A stretch of DNA of 60,096 bases from the NCBI GenBank assembly GCA_045046875.1, contig JASFYY010000006.1, forward strand, positions 1-60,096, given 5' to 3'. A program made the translations under genes and the position numbers. This DNA is from Verrucomicrobiota bacterium (GTDB lineage Bacteria; Verrucomicrobiota; Verrucomicrobiia; Verrucomicrobiales; DEV007). A model generated the notes under the pieces. The model was given only the letters and a program-made list of their open reading frames with translations, ran no database searches and was not told where the DNA came from. Position 1 is the stretch's first letter, and the number at the start of each line of letters is the position of its first letter. Shown here piece by piece: positions 30,485 to 39,738 of the stretch.

Positions 30485-31138
30485 TTAATCCCCCGACTTA
30501 AAGTCATCGTAGCTCTTCGCCCCTTCGCTGAGATCCTCCGGCAAAGCCTGTTCCTCATCAAGATCCAGGCAACGAACCTGCTCTCCATCCTGCTCATAAA
30601 CAAAGCCCGACTCAGGGCACGTGGCATGACCATTTTCGTCAAAGCGCAAGAGATGGCCATGACGGCTCATGTAGCCGACCAAGCGCCCGGGAACTCCCAC
30701 TATCAGACCGTAATCCGGCACATCCTTCGCCACGACCGCACCCGCTGCGATAAAGGCATATCGTCCCAAGGTAATCCCACAAACGATCGTGGCATTCGCT
30801 CCTACCGTTGCCCCACGGCGAATAAGCGTCTTTTCATAGAGCCCCCGCCGCACCACCTGCGAGCGAGGATTAGTAACATTGGTCAGCACACAGGACGGCC
30901 CCAGAAAAACATCATCTTCGATAACCGTTCCGGTATAAATCGCCACGTTGTTCTGCACCTTGACATTACTGCCAATGCGAACGCCTCCCGCCACCATGGT
31001 ATTCTGACCAAAATTACAGCCCTTACCTATTTCCGCCCCATCACAAATATGGGAAAAATGCCATATTTTGCTGCCATCGCCAATAACGGCGCCCTCGTCA
31101 ATCACTGCTGTCGGATGTGAATACATAAGATAAATCAT
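30485..31138 (-). CDS. wbpD: Hexapeptide N-acetyltransferase, WbpD/WlbB type
   Basis: HPTAVIDEGA, KIWHFSH, VKVQNNV, FLGPSCVLTNVTNPRS; alternative start 31126. Confidence 0.9.
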   Translation of the reverse strand: MIYLMYSHPTAVIDEGAVIGDGSKIWHFSHICDGAEIGKGCNFGQNTMVAGGVRIGSNVKVQNNVAIYTGTVIEDDVFLGPSCVLTNVTNPRSQVVRRGLYEKTLIRRGATVGANATIVCGITLGRYAFIAAGAVVAKDVPDYGLIVGVPGRLVGYMSRHGHLLRFDENGHATCPESGFVYEQDGEQVRCLDLDEEQALPEDLSEGAKSYDDFKSGD

Positions 31139-31142
31139 TCTC

Positions 31143-31358
31143 GTCCACTAAGGACACTAAGGAACACTAAGTTTTTTTAATATAAATCATTTCCGTCCAC
31201 GAAGGGCACCAAGGAACACTAAGTTTTTTAATATAAAATCCCACCCCATTTTTCTTCTCTTCCTTCGTGCTCTTAGTGTCCTTAGTGGATACCTTCTCCC
31301 TCGTCTCGGCTCGTATCCCTCTTGACCGCCGTAGCCTTGGCGGAGGAGGTTAGTGGAT
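31143..31358. repeat. GxxExxY-associated element with nested 30-bp hairpin (31320-31349)
   Basis: Two forward arms gtccac(t/g)aagg..cac..aaggaacactaag and two reverse arms ending ttagtggat. Confidence 0.9.
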
Positions 31359-32299
31359 CACTTCTTGATCTCAGCTTTTTCCAAAACCCGGATAACTTCC
31401 AGACCCGACTTTCCATCTGAAATAGGAGTCTCACGACTTTCAATGCAATCCATGAAATGACTCAGTTCGATCTCCAGAGGCTGCTTAGCCCCCTCGTGCA
31501 CGACCTCTTCACCCTCATTAGTGATGTCCAGGGTTTTGCTATCGATACTCTGGCGATGCAATTTCACCGTCTGCTCGATTTCGTTGTAAACCAGCACTCC
31601 TTTTGATCCCACAATCGTCAGGCAACGGCGATTTTCCGGCCACAACCAGGAATTATGCAAATGCGCCTGCACTCCATTGGCAAAATCGAGATGCAGATAC
31701 ACATCATCCTCGATTCCCAACTCAGGCTGCAACCCACTGTGCCCAAAAGCGTTCACCTTTATAGGAGCAGAGCCTACCAAGTGTAATAACACCGCCACAT
31801 CATGCACCCCAAAACTCCACAAAACATTCTCAACATTGCGCGCACGCCCCAACTTCTTACGCTCCTGATGAATCGTAAACACATCCCCAATGACGCCTTC
31901 TTCAATCAAACTCTTGATCCTGCCAATAGCGGGCTGATACATCAACAAATGCCCAACCATCAAGATGCGATCATTGTCTTCGGCTATCTTCACCAAATCC
32001 TCGGCCTCCTCAGCCGTCATCGTCATCGGCTTTTCCACAAAAACATCCTTGCCTGCTTCGAGAAAGGCTTTTGCCACTGCATGATGAGTCGGAGCCGGCG
32101 TAGCAATCGCCACCGCTTTCACCTCATCCAAATTCAACAGATCACTGTAATCCGTATATAAATCCACCTCGGGATAGTCCTTCGCCAATTTTGCGCGAAG
32201 TTCATCACTCGCCTCGGCTACCGCGATTAACGAATTTAATCCCGATAAAGTCCGGACGAGATTCCGCCCCCAATTTCCTGCTCCAATAACTGCTATCAT
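31358..32299 (-). CDS. Gfo/Idh/MocA oxidoreductase, probable UDP-GlcNAcA 3-dehydrogenase (WbpB/WlbA role)
   Basis: IGAGNWG, DVFVEKPM, LMVGH, GVHD; located between wbpA and wbpD. Confidence 0.82.
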   Translation of the reverse strand: MIAVIGAGNWGRNLVRTLSGLNSLIAVAEASDELRAKLAKDYPEVDLYTDYSDLLNLDEVKAVAIATPAPTHHAVAKAFLEAGKDVFVEKPMTMTAEEAEDLVKIAEDNDRILMVGHLLMYQPAIGRIKSLIEEGVIGDVFTIHQERKKLGRARNVENVLWSFGVHDVAVLLHLVGSAPIKVNAFGHSGLQPELGIEDDVYLHLDFANGVQAHLHNSWLWPENRRCLTIVGSKGVLVYNEIEQTVKLHRQSIDSKTLDITNEGEEVVHEGAKQPLEIELSHFMDCIESRETPISDGKSGLEVIRVLEKAEIKK

Positions 32300-32358
32300 T
32301 TAGAAAAATTTGAAATCTAATATTTGAAATTTAAAATCACCAAAGTCGTCCCCTCTTC

Positions 32359-32423
32359 TCTTCCTTCGTGTATCTTCGTGCCCATCTTGACCGCCGTAGC
32401 CTTGGCGGAGGAGGTTAGTGGAC
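32359..32423 (-). repeat. Reverse arm of GxxExxY-associated repeat with nested 30-bp hairpin (32385-32414)
   Basis: ttccttcgtgtatcttcgtgccca[30 bp]ttagtggac. Confidence 0.85.
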
Positions 32424-32439
32424 AATTTTCTCCCCCCCC

Positions 32440-33759
32440 TCAAGCTTTGAGCACTTGCCCGGTCTTGGTCTCGCGAGTCCCTAATAAATTACGGGTGTCA
32501 ATAATGGTATCGCTCCATTCCACTAGCTCATCCAGATTGTATTTATCGTGAGAAGTGGCAATCAACACACAGTCATAGGAACTCACGTTTTGCTGATTCC
32601 ACTCAATAGATTTCTGCCCCGTCCACCGAGCGTGCTCTCGGGTCGGTGGCACCTCATCCACGTGTGGATCAAAATAATCCACCTCGGCTCCACTATCGGC
32701 AAGCAGATCCATCAACTTGAAACTGGCCGACTCACGCACATCATCCACATTGGATTTATACGCCAAGCCCATCACCAACACCTTACTGCCGCGCACCGCC
32801 TTACTTTGCTCATTCAACTTATCCGAAACCCGGTGCACCACATGCTGGGGCATCGATTCATTGATCTCCCCCGCCAGTTCAATAAATCGAGTGTGAATAT
32901 TATATTCCTTCGCTTTCCATGTCAGATAAAACGGATCAATAGGAATACAATGCCCACCCAGACCCGGCCCGGGATAAAAAGGCGTGAAGCCAAACGGCTT
33001 GGTCGCCGCCGCTTGAATCACTTCCCAAATATCAACATTCATCGCCTCCGCAACGATCTTCATTTCATTCACCAGGCCGATATTCACCGAACGGTAAATG
33101 TTCTCCAATAGTTTGGTGAACTCTGCCGCACGAGTCGAACTGACAGGGACTACTTGGTCGCATACCAAATTATAAAGAGCTTCCCCTTCCACCAAACATG
33201 CAGGAGTCGTTCCCCCGATCACTTTAGGAATAGTGGTATTGGTAAAATCAGGGTTTCCTGGATCCTCGCGTTCCGGAGAAAAGACGAGAAAACAATCTTC
33301 GCCCACTTTCAACCCTTGGGCCTCAATTCGAGGCAATAGCTCTTCATCTGTCGTCCCTGGATAAGTAGTGCTCTCCAAGCTGACCAATTGCCCAGCTTTT
33401 AAATGAGGCACGATAGCTTCCACCGTACTGACCACGTAACTCAAATCAGGCTCGTGGTACTTGCTCAACGGGGTAGGCACGCAGATCACAATGGCATCGC
33501 TTTTTGCCACACAAGCAAAATCCGTAGTCGCTGAAAAATTTCCACCGTCTACAACGGCAGCGATTCGTCCGGCCTCAATATGCTCAATGTAGCTCTCCCC
33601 TTTATTCAAGGTCTCTACTTTATTCACATCAATGTCCAAGCCAAAAGTCTGCAAACCCGCTTTGGCAAAATTCAGAGCCAAAGGCAAGCCCACATAACCC
33701 ATCCCCACCACGGTCACCACCGCGTCGCCAGCTGTTATTTTATTCTGTAGTGATGACAT
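32440..33759 (-). CDS. wbpA: Nucleotide-sugar (UDP-GlcNAc) 6-dehydrogenase, WbpA type
   Basis: GMGYVGLP, CVPTP, ESTTYPGTT, SPEREDPGN, KLLEN, PGPGLGGHCIPIDP. Confidence 0.9.
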   Translation of the reverse strand: MSSLQNKITAGDAVVTVVGMGYVGLPLALNFAKAGLQTFGLDIDVNKVETLNKGESYIEHIEAGRIAAVVDGGNFSATTDFACVAKSDAIVICVPTPLSKYHEPDLSYVVSTVEAIVPHLKAGQLVSLESTTYPGTTDEELLPRIEAQGLKVGEDCFLVFSPEREDPGNPDFTNTTIPKVIGGTTPACLVEGEALYNLVCDQVVPVSSTRAAEFTKLLENIYRSVNIGLVNEMKIVAEAMNVDIWEVIQAAATKPFGFTPFYPGPGLGGHCIPIDPFYLTWKAKEYNIHTRFIELAGEINESMPQHVVHRVSDKLNEQSKAVRGSKVLVMGLAYKSNVDDVRESASFKLMDLLADSGAEVDYFDPHVDEVPPTREHARWTGQKSIEWNQQNVSSYDCVLIATSHDKYNLDELVEWSDTIIDTRNLLGTRETKTGQVLKA

Positions 33760-33960
33760 AAAAAACTATAAATATTTGCGCAAAAAAAACCAATTACCTC
33801 CCCCCTCCACGGTCGAAGACAAATAACCGCAAATAAGCAAAAGAAAAAGAATCATTTTAATAATTCATTTTTCATTGCCTCCATTTCAACACACCATCCT
33901 CACCAGCGCATCGCCCAATTAACCTCTCCCTCATGGAAGAGCGAGCTCCCCGCTCGATAA

Positions 33961-34854
33961 TTATTTTTTCAGTTGAGGAGCGAGATAGTCGTTAACATAA
34001 CGATTAACGCCTTGTTTCCAATAGGGCATGGTCTGACCACTGAGGGTTTGATAACGTTCACTGGACATGGCGGAGTAGGCGGGGCGTTGGGCGACAAAGC
34101 TTTTGATGTCACTCATCAAGCAACTCTCAATATTCGACGTATGAATGGGAACCCCACTTTCCACCGCACAATCAACGCAATATTGCGCCCACTCCTGCCA
34201 AGAGCAGACCCCTTGATTGCATAAATGTAAGATCCCCGAGACTTCAAACTCTCCATCAATCATCGGTTGCAGTGCAGAAATAACGTCTTGCGTATAGGTC
34301 GGAGATGCCCACCGGTTGGCAACAACAGAAAAAGCTTCGTCTCCCATTGCCTTCCCTATCACCCATTCAGGAAAACCGGGCTTATTCTCACCAAATAACC
34401 AGGATAAGCGTATCACCAAATTTGTCGCCGATTGCCCAAGCAACCTTTCTTCTGCTCTTGCTTTTGATGCGCCATAAACACTTAGCGGATGCGTGTGATC
34501 ATCTTCCTGATAAAGCTCTTTTTTTTCTCCATCAAAAACGTAGTCCGTACTGAAAAAAATCACCTGCGCCCCTTTCCGGGCACTGATCCGCGCGATCGTC
34601 TCGACCGCAAGAGCATTGACCTTTTCCGTCTGATCCGGATGACTTTCACAATAATCCACATTCGTCAATGCAGCCGTCAACCACAGCGTGTCGTAATCCA
34701 GCGTTTCGAGAGTCGCGTTAATGGATGCCTCATCCGCCAAATCCATCTCCCGACGTCCTAGAGACGTCACGGTATGTCCGGCAGCACCACAAGCCGTGCG
34801 CAGAGCACTGCCCAAGCGCCCATTAGCTCCAACGATCACACTGTGTTTACTCAT
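33961..34854 (-). CDS. rfbD: dTDP-4-dehydrorhamnose reductase
   Basis: GANGRLG, TNVDYCE, STDYVFDG, YGASK, SPTY, RPAYS. Confidence 0.9.
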   Translation of the reverse strand: MSKHSVIVGANGRLGSALRTACGAAGHTVTSLGRREMDLADEASINATLETLDYDTLWLTAALTNVDYCESHPDQTEKVNALAVETIARISARKGAQVIFFSTDYVFDGEKKELYQEDDHTHPLSVYGASKARAEERLLGQSATNLVIRLSWLFGENKPGFPEWVIGKAMGDEAFSVVANRWASPTYTQDVISALQPMIDGEFEVSGILHLCNQGVCSWQEWAQYCVDCAVESGVPIHTSNIESCLMSDIKSFVAQRPAYSAMSSERYQTLSGQTMPYWKQGVNRYVNDYLAPQLKK

Positions 34855-34974
34855 CCAAGTTTTATTTCCTCGCCTAGCCGCTTCTTTCAGCGTTTAGTCG
34901 CCCGAACCTGCACGGCTCAAGCGATACTGACAAGCACAAAAAATCCCCAATTCATCATTCTCTCGCCCCCCACT

Positions 34975-35270
34975 CCCCCGCAATACCATTACGCTCACAT
35001 CCCACAACTTGTCCGCCAAAGCCTGTCAGGCGACGGAGGATCCCACGCCCCCCAACTCGCCCCCTCCACACCGTGGCGCGGATTGGCAATTTGCCTCGTG
35101 GCGCGGATTGGTAATCCGGCGGATCCCCCGAACCACCCCAAGACCCACGCAATGCCATTACGTCCCACGCCCCCCCAACTCGCCCCTCCACACCGTGGCG
35201 CGGATTGGCAATCCGGCGGATCCCCCGAACCACCCCAAGACCCACGCAATGCCATTACGTCCCACGCCCT
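34975..35270. repeat. Tandem GTGG-type REP doublets (about 97-bp units), REPIN/BIME-like
   Basis: GTGGCGCGGATTGGCAATCCG-type arm at 35073/35098/35195 facing revcomp GTGGGACGTAATGGCATTGCGT. Confidence 0.88.
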
Positions 35271-35321
35271 CCCTTCAAACTCCCCCCTTGCCATTTTCCC
35301 CAATTAGGGTAAAACATCGGC

Positions 35322-35942
35322 ATGGGAAAATATGCTGATGAAAATGTTCTGGTCGTTCCACGCGCACTCTTTGATGAAATAGGCAGCTTTCAAGGGCTCT
35401 GCCTGGAGCCACAGAAATACCTGCCGGCCTTGCTCAATCCAAAAAACAACTTTTTCCTCGCCCGCGATGATGCGGAAGACAATCCCTCCCACAAACAAAT
35501 CATCCCCTACGCGATCTTCCACCACCAGGGTCGCTTTCTCCACTATGTGCGCGGCGGAGGCTCCGGCGAAAAGCGCCTGGCCAGCAAGGGATCCATCGGC
35601 ATCGGCGGTCACATCAACTCCGAAGACGCCGATCAAGCCTCGCTCGACAAAGACACCTACAGCATCGGTGTCGAACGCGAAGTGAACGAAGAAGTCAACC
35701 TCACCGGATCCCACACCCAGCGCATCGTAGCCCTGATCAATGACGACTCCAATGAAGTCGGAGCCGTGCATCTCGGCGTCGTGCATCTCTTTGACCTCGA
35801 TTCAGCCGACGTCACCCCTAACGAAGCCATCATCGAAGAGCTACAATTCCTAACCCCCGAAGAGCTGCAATCCCGCCACGAGGCCCTGGAAAGCTGGTCC
35901 CAAATCTGCCTAGCCGGCCTGCAAACCATCCTCGCAAAATAG
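35322..35942 (+). CDS. NUDIX-family phosphoesterase-like protein
   Basis: KQIIPY, EKRL, SIGIGGHIN, REVNEEV, INDDSNEVGAVHLG, LESWS. Confidence 0.85.
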   Translation: MGKYADENVLVVPRALFDEIGSFQGLCLEPQKYLPALLNPKNNFFLARDDAEDNPSHKQIIPYAIFHHQGRFLHYVRGGGSGEKRLASKGSIGIGGHINSEDADQASLDKDTYSIGVEREVNEEVNLTGSHTQRIVALINDDSNEVGAVHLGVVHLFDLDSADVTPNEAIIEELQFLTPEELQSRHEALESWSQICLAGLQTILAK

Positions 35943-36000
35943 AACTCCCCCGCATTCCCCTCCTGAATTCTGACTTCTGAATCCTTCTCCCCCCCCTCGC

Positions 36001-36642
36001 TCAAAGCGTCGCAACCTGGAAAACATAACACTTCAGCCCCGAAGCCTCTTCCATCTCACGATCAACCGAAGTTCCCAGCAACTTCTCAAACATACTTTCC
36101 TCCATCCGTTCAGCCGTGGGGTATTGCTCAAACAGAGGTTGCATCGGGTTATGGTATTCCACCACCCTCAAACCACCTTTAGGGTCATACAAACACTCCG
36201 ACAAATAGCCCGCTTTGTCCCTCGCTTTAGCCAGTGAAGTAGCCTTTTCGATCACCGACTTGCCCTTCACCAGCTTGGCAAAATCCTCCCCCAAATCCTG
36301 AAAATACCCAAACAGCAACCGTTCAGGTTCATTCGGTCCGATTTGACGCTCGGTCACTTTCAAAATACGAACCACCATGTCGTGTCCGACCGTAGGAAAT
36401 AAAGGATCCGCTTTGACCGTCAAACGGTAAGCCTTCTCCGGACGCCCCACAGCTTTAGGTCGACGCCAAGTGTCCAGATAGCCCTTTTTTTCCATCGCCA
36501 CACAATGCTGCTTCACTCCCATGTAGCTCATCTTCAAGGCCTTCGACAACTCCGTAACCGACATCCCGTTGGAGCGTTTGAGGGTGTGAATAATCTGAAA
36601 CCATTGCGGTTTCGCAATATCACGTAAAACTTTAGAAAACAT
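36001..36642 (-). CDS. Winged-HTH transcriptional regulator, SufR/ArsR-like
   Basis: MSVTELSKALKMSYMGVKQHC, VGRPEKAYRLT, FP. Confidence 0.78.
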   Translation of the reverse strand: MFSKVLRDIAKPQWFQIIHTLKRSNGMSVTELSKALKMSYMGVKQHCVAMEKKGYLDTWRRPKAVGRPEKAYRLTVKADPLFPTVGHDMVVRILKVTERQIGPNEPERLLFGYFQDLGEDFAKLVKGKSVIEKATSLAKARDKAGYLSECLYDPKGGLRVVEYHNPMQPLFEQYPTAERMEESMFEKLLGTSVDREMEEASGLKCYVFQVATL

Positions 36643-36789
36643 ATCTATGGATTTGCCAACAAGTGACTTATGAAAACTCCGCTCTCCCGCAGACCTGCTG
36701 TATTATTCTCTTTCAAGGCCCGCTGTCAATCCCTCAATAAAAAGAATATAAACGAACGCCCCGCCAAAGCACATCCGTCACGAAAATCC

Positions 36790-36902
36790 CCACCCACAGG
36801 AGCGCGGGTTTCCTTACCCACCGCTCTTCATAAAACAGCTTAGCCGCAATATTCCACCCAAGCCCCACCACGCAATGCCACTGCGTTCCACGAGAGACTA
36901 CT
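36790..36902. repeat. About 111-bp REP-doublet direct repeat, copy 1
   Basis: Nearly identical to 38214-38324; contains cgcaatgccactgcgttccac hairpin. Confidence 0.9.
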
Positions 36903-36977
36903 ATTTGGAAGGGCGAGCTCTGCGAGACCGCGCACGCACTTTCGATCCCCGAACCACCACTGCCTCCATCACCTCAT

Positions 36978-37913
36978 CTATTTTTCAACATTTTCCCCGA
37001 TTTCATCAAATACCCGAACATAATCGACCACAAAATAATCGGGCAGCACCGCGTTCTTAAGCAAAGGCGACGGCGCTCCATTTCTATAACCCATGACTTC
37101 TGTGGAAATCAAAATGAACTGCTCTCGATCGGATACCGGACCGTCCACCTTCCATGACACTTTGCCATCCACATAAAAAACGTAACCTTCCCGGCTCCAA
37201 TGCAACCCATAGGTGTGGAACTTGCCATCCGAAACGTTCATTTCCAATTTCCCCGAGCCTGCGTGCTCATGATTCTTTCCGTAACCGTTCCAATGCAAGT
37301 TGTGGCTGATAACCCCGTCACGGGTGAAGTTTTCCATGATGTCCATCTCCACCCCTGCCTCACCCGGTTTCAAACTTGACCCGATAACCGGCGACTGGAG
37401 CCAAAACGCAGCCCACCACCCTTTTTGCGTAGGCAATTTGCAGCGGATCTCATAATAGCCGTATTTATGGGCGAATTTTGCGGGTTCCATTTCGGCGACA
37501 GGCCAGACAAATTTTGTTTTTCCAAACTTGTTCCCAGGACGGTCCAAATAATTCTGGCCAGTCTGTAAATGCGAAGAGTAAAACTGCCCGTCTTTTTCAT
37601 AAATCCCCAAAAGCAGGTTGCCCTTGCCGTCGAATTCGGCTCCGTCCTCAGTCCACGTCTCGTGACGTGTCTGCATCAGATGCAATCGGTAGCCCCACTT
37701 GCTGGAATCCAATTGTTTGCCATCAAATTCATCATTCCAAATGAGCCTCCACGACTTAGCTGACGGCAATTGGCTTTGGAAACTCTTGCTCTCTACACCA
37801 CTGGAAACCTGTTCCTTACCTCCTTTCTTTTCACTTTGTGCACCAACAGACAGCGCAGTTAAACACGTGATCAGCAATGCGCTTGTTATTGTTCCAGTTT
37901 TCATGTTTTTCAT
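36978..37913 (-). CDS. Glycoside hydrolase family 16 with signal peptide
   Basis: WNDEFDG, YGYYEIR, AFWL, catalytic EMDIME, FYVDG, VDYVRVF. Confidence 0.9.
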   Translation of the reverse strand: MKNMKTGTITSALLITCLTALSVGAQSEKKGGKEQVSSGVESKSFQSQLPSAKSWRLIWNDEFDGKQLDSSKWGYRLHLMQTRHETWTEDGAEFDGKGNLLLGIYEKDGQFYSSHLQTGQNYLDRPGNKFGKTKFVWPVAEMEPAKFAHKYGYYEIRCKLPTQKGWWAAFWLQSPVIGSSLKPGEAGVEMDIMENFTRDGVISHNLHWNGYGKNHEHAGSGKLEMNVSDGKFHTYGLHWSREGYVFYVDGKVSWKVDGPVSDREQFILISTEVMGYRNGAPSPLLKNAVLPDYFVVDYVRVFDEIGENVEK

Positions 37914-38213
37914 TTTTAAACCCCGATCTGTTACGCCCCATTTTTCCTATAAACGCCCTGTTCATCTTTCATCCACTTTGTGGCTCTCACTTGAAAACTT
38001 CTGAATTGAATCGCTTGTTTCATGAGGTTTCCGCAAGTGTCTACAGATGTTAGGCAAGGAATCGACTTTTTTGGACAAAGTTTTAATTTCAAATAACGAA
38101 TAGCGCCCCTTTCCAACAGGTAATAGCCTCTACCCCCATTTCATCAGGGCACTTTTTGAAAAAAAACTCTGGTTCCCCCCTGAGCAAAGATCGTCACTCA
38201 GTCATTCTTACCG

Positions 38214-38324
38214 CCACCCACAGGAGCGCGGATTTCCTTACCCGCCGTTCTTCATAAAACAGCTTAGCCGCAATACTCCACCCAAGCTCCACTACGCAAT
38301 GCCATTGCGTTCCACGAGACTACT
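38214..38324. repeat. About 111-bp REP-doublet direct repeat, copy 2
   Basis: Perfect hairpin acgcaatg-c-cattgcgt followed by tccac; overlaps sulfatase stop. Confidence 0.9.
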
Positions 38325-39669
38325 CCTGCTCGAAACTCACCGCCGCTTTCAACGCCGCCCTCAACTGCTGCCGAATGCGCTGCTGCTCCGGCGTTCCCGG
38401 CAAATCAATTGCCGCTGCCGGAGCCTGTCCGATTTCAACCACTGGACGCATGTCCCCTTTATTGGTCAAAATCCAATCACGTGAACGCACATAACGGATA
38501 CCCTGTTTTTCAATATGCACCCACTTCCGCGGCGCCCCTTTCCCACCCAGAAGTTGCGGCATGAAACTACGACCATTGATCGACGGCTCAGGCAAAGAGC
38601 TCTGCGCCAAGTCTGCAAAAGTCGGCAGCAAGTCGGAGAAATCAACCAAGTCCTCATTGATACTTCCCGCTTTGATCTTACCCGGCCAGCGGGCTATCAA
38701 CGGAACCCGCGTCCCCGCATCGGAAGGATCACCTTTCCCGCCGTGAATCGCTCGATTATCCGGACCCCAACGAGAAGTCAGCGGTTTCTGGGTTCCATTA
38801 TCCCCGGTGAACATAATCACCGTATTCTCTTTCAGCCCCAACTCATCCACCGCATCGACTATACGCCCCACCAGCTTGTCCATGTAAGCCACCATATCAG
38901 GAAAATAATCCGGATTCCCTATACCTCCCACCTTGGGCAGCACCTTGTCACTATCAGGGGTCGGCCCCCAGGGATAATGGGGCAACAACATGGTGTAATA
39001 AACCATGAACGGACGATCCTTGTTTTCTTTCATGAAACGAATCAAAAAATCGGCATTCACATCAGGGCCGTATTCCCCCTGCAACTGCTTCTCCATCGTC
39101 TCGCCATTACGCACAAAAACCGGATCAAAATAACGCGAGTTTTTTTCATGGTTCGGATCCATGATCTTCCAACACTGGTATTGATCAAAACCAAATCCAT
39201 TCACCGTATCGCGCTCGTAGAGAAATGACAGTTGCCACTTGCCCGCGATAGCGGTGGCATAACCCTTGTTCTGTAGCAATTTGGCAAAACCCGTTTCTTT
39301 CTGCGGATCGAGAAACTCACGGTGTTTGTCCGGAAGAAAAATCACCCGTTTGATCCCGTTGTGCAAAGGGTAACGCCCGGTCAATAACTGAGCCCGGCTC
39401 GGCGAGCAATAGGGTGTGCTGAAAGCATGAGTGAACTTCATCCCCTCCGCAGCCAACTGATCCAAACGCGGAGTCTGATACGAACGCCCACCGTAACAGC
39501 TGAGGCATTCATAACCCAAATCATCCGCCATGATCATGACGATATTAGGGCTATCTCCCACACGCTCGGCCCGAAGCCCACCACTCATAACGAGTGATAA
39601 CAACACCAAGCCCGCTTTCCATCTGTTATCCCACTTCCTTTTCATCATAACAAATCCCGTCCCACCCAT
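38320..39669 (-). CDS. Formylglycine-dependent sulfatase
   Basis: PNIVMIMADDLG, CSPSRAQLLTGR, GKWQL, GDNG, GGKG, RVPLI; start may be a few codons downstream. Confidence 0.92.
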   Translation of the reverse strand: MGGTGFVMMKRKWDNRWKAGLVLLSLVMSGGLRAERVGDSPNIVMIMADDLGYECLSCYGGRSYQTPRLDQLAAEGMKFTHAFSTPYCSPSRAQLLTGRYPLHNGIKRVIFLPDKHREFLDPQKETGFAKLLQNKGYATAIAGKWQLSFLYERDTVNGFGFDQYQCWKIMDPNHEKNSRYFDPVFVRNGETMEKQLQGEYGPDVNADFLIRFMKENKDRPFMVYYTMLLPHYPWGPTPDSDKVLPKVGGIGNPDYFPDMVAYMDKLVGRIVDAVDELGLKENTVIMFTGDNGTQKPLTSRWGPDNRAIHGGKGDPSDAGTRVPLIARWPGKIKAGSINEDLVDFSDLLPTFADLAQSSLPEPSINGRSFMPQLLGGKGAPRKWVHIEKQGIRYVRSRDWILTNKGDMRPVVEIGQAPAAAIDLPGTPEQQRIRQQLRAALKAAVSFEQE

Positions 39670-39738
39670 GCCGATCAGAACTAACCAGAACCGATCATGA
39701 GTGAACCGATAGAATGTCCAGGATATTCTATCGGCCAG

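Noticed and set aside
30473..31120. 215-aa plus-strand ORF
   Set aside because: Antisense shadow of the well-supported wbpD gene
25526..32423. Classical integron attC cassette array
   Set aside because: No RYYYAAC/GTTRRRY boxes bounding the hairpins and no tyrosine integrase in the window
34774..35338. Several overlapping 96-177-aa ORFs
   Set aside because: Low-complexity translations of REP doublets
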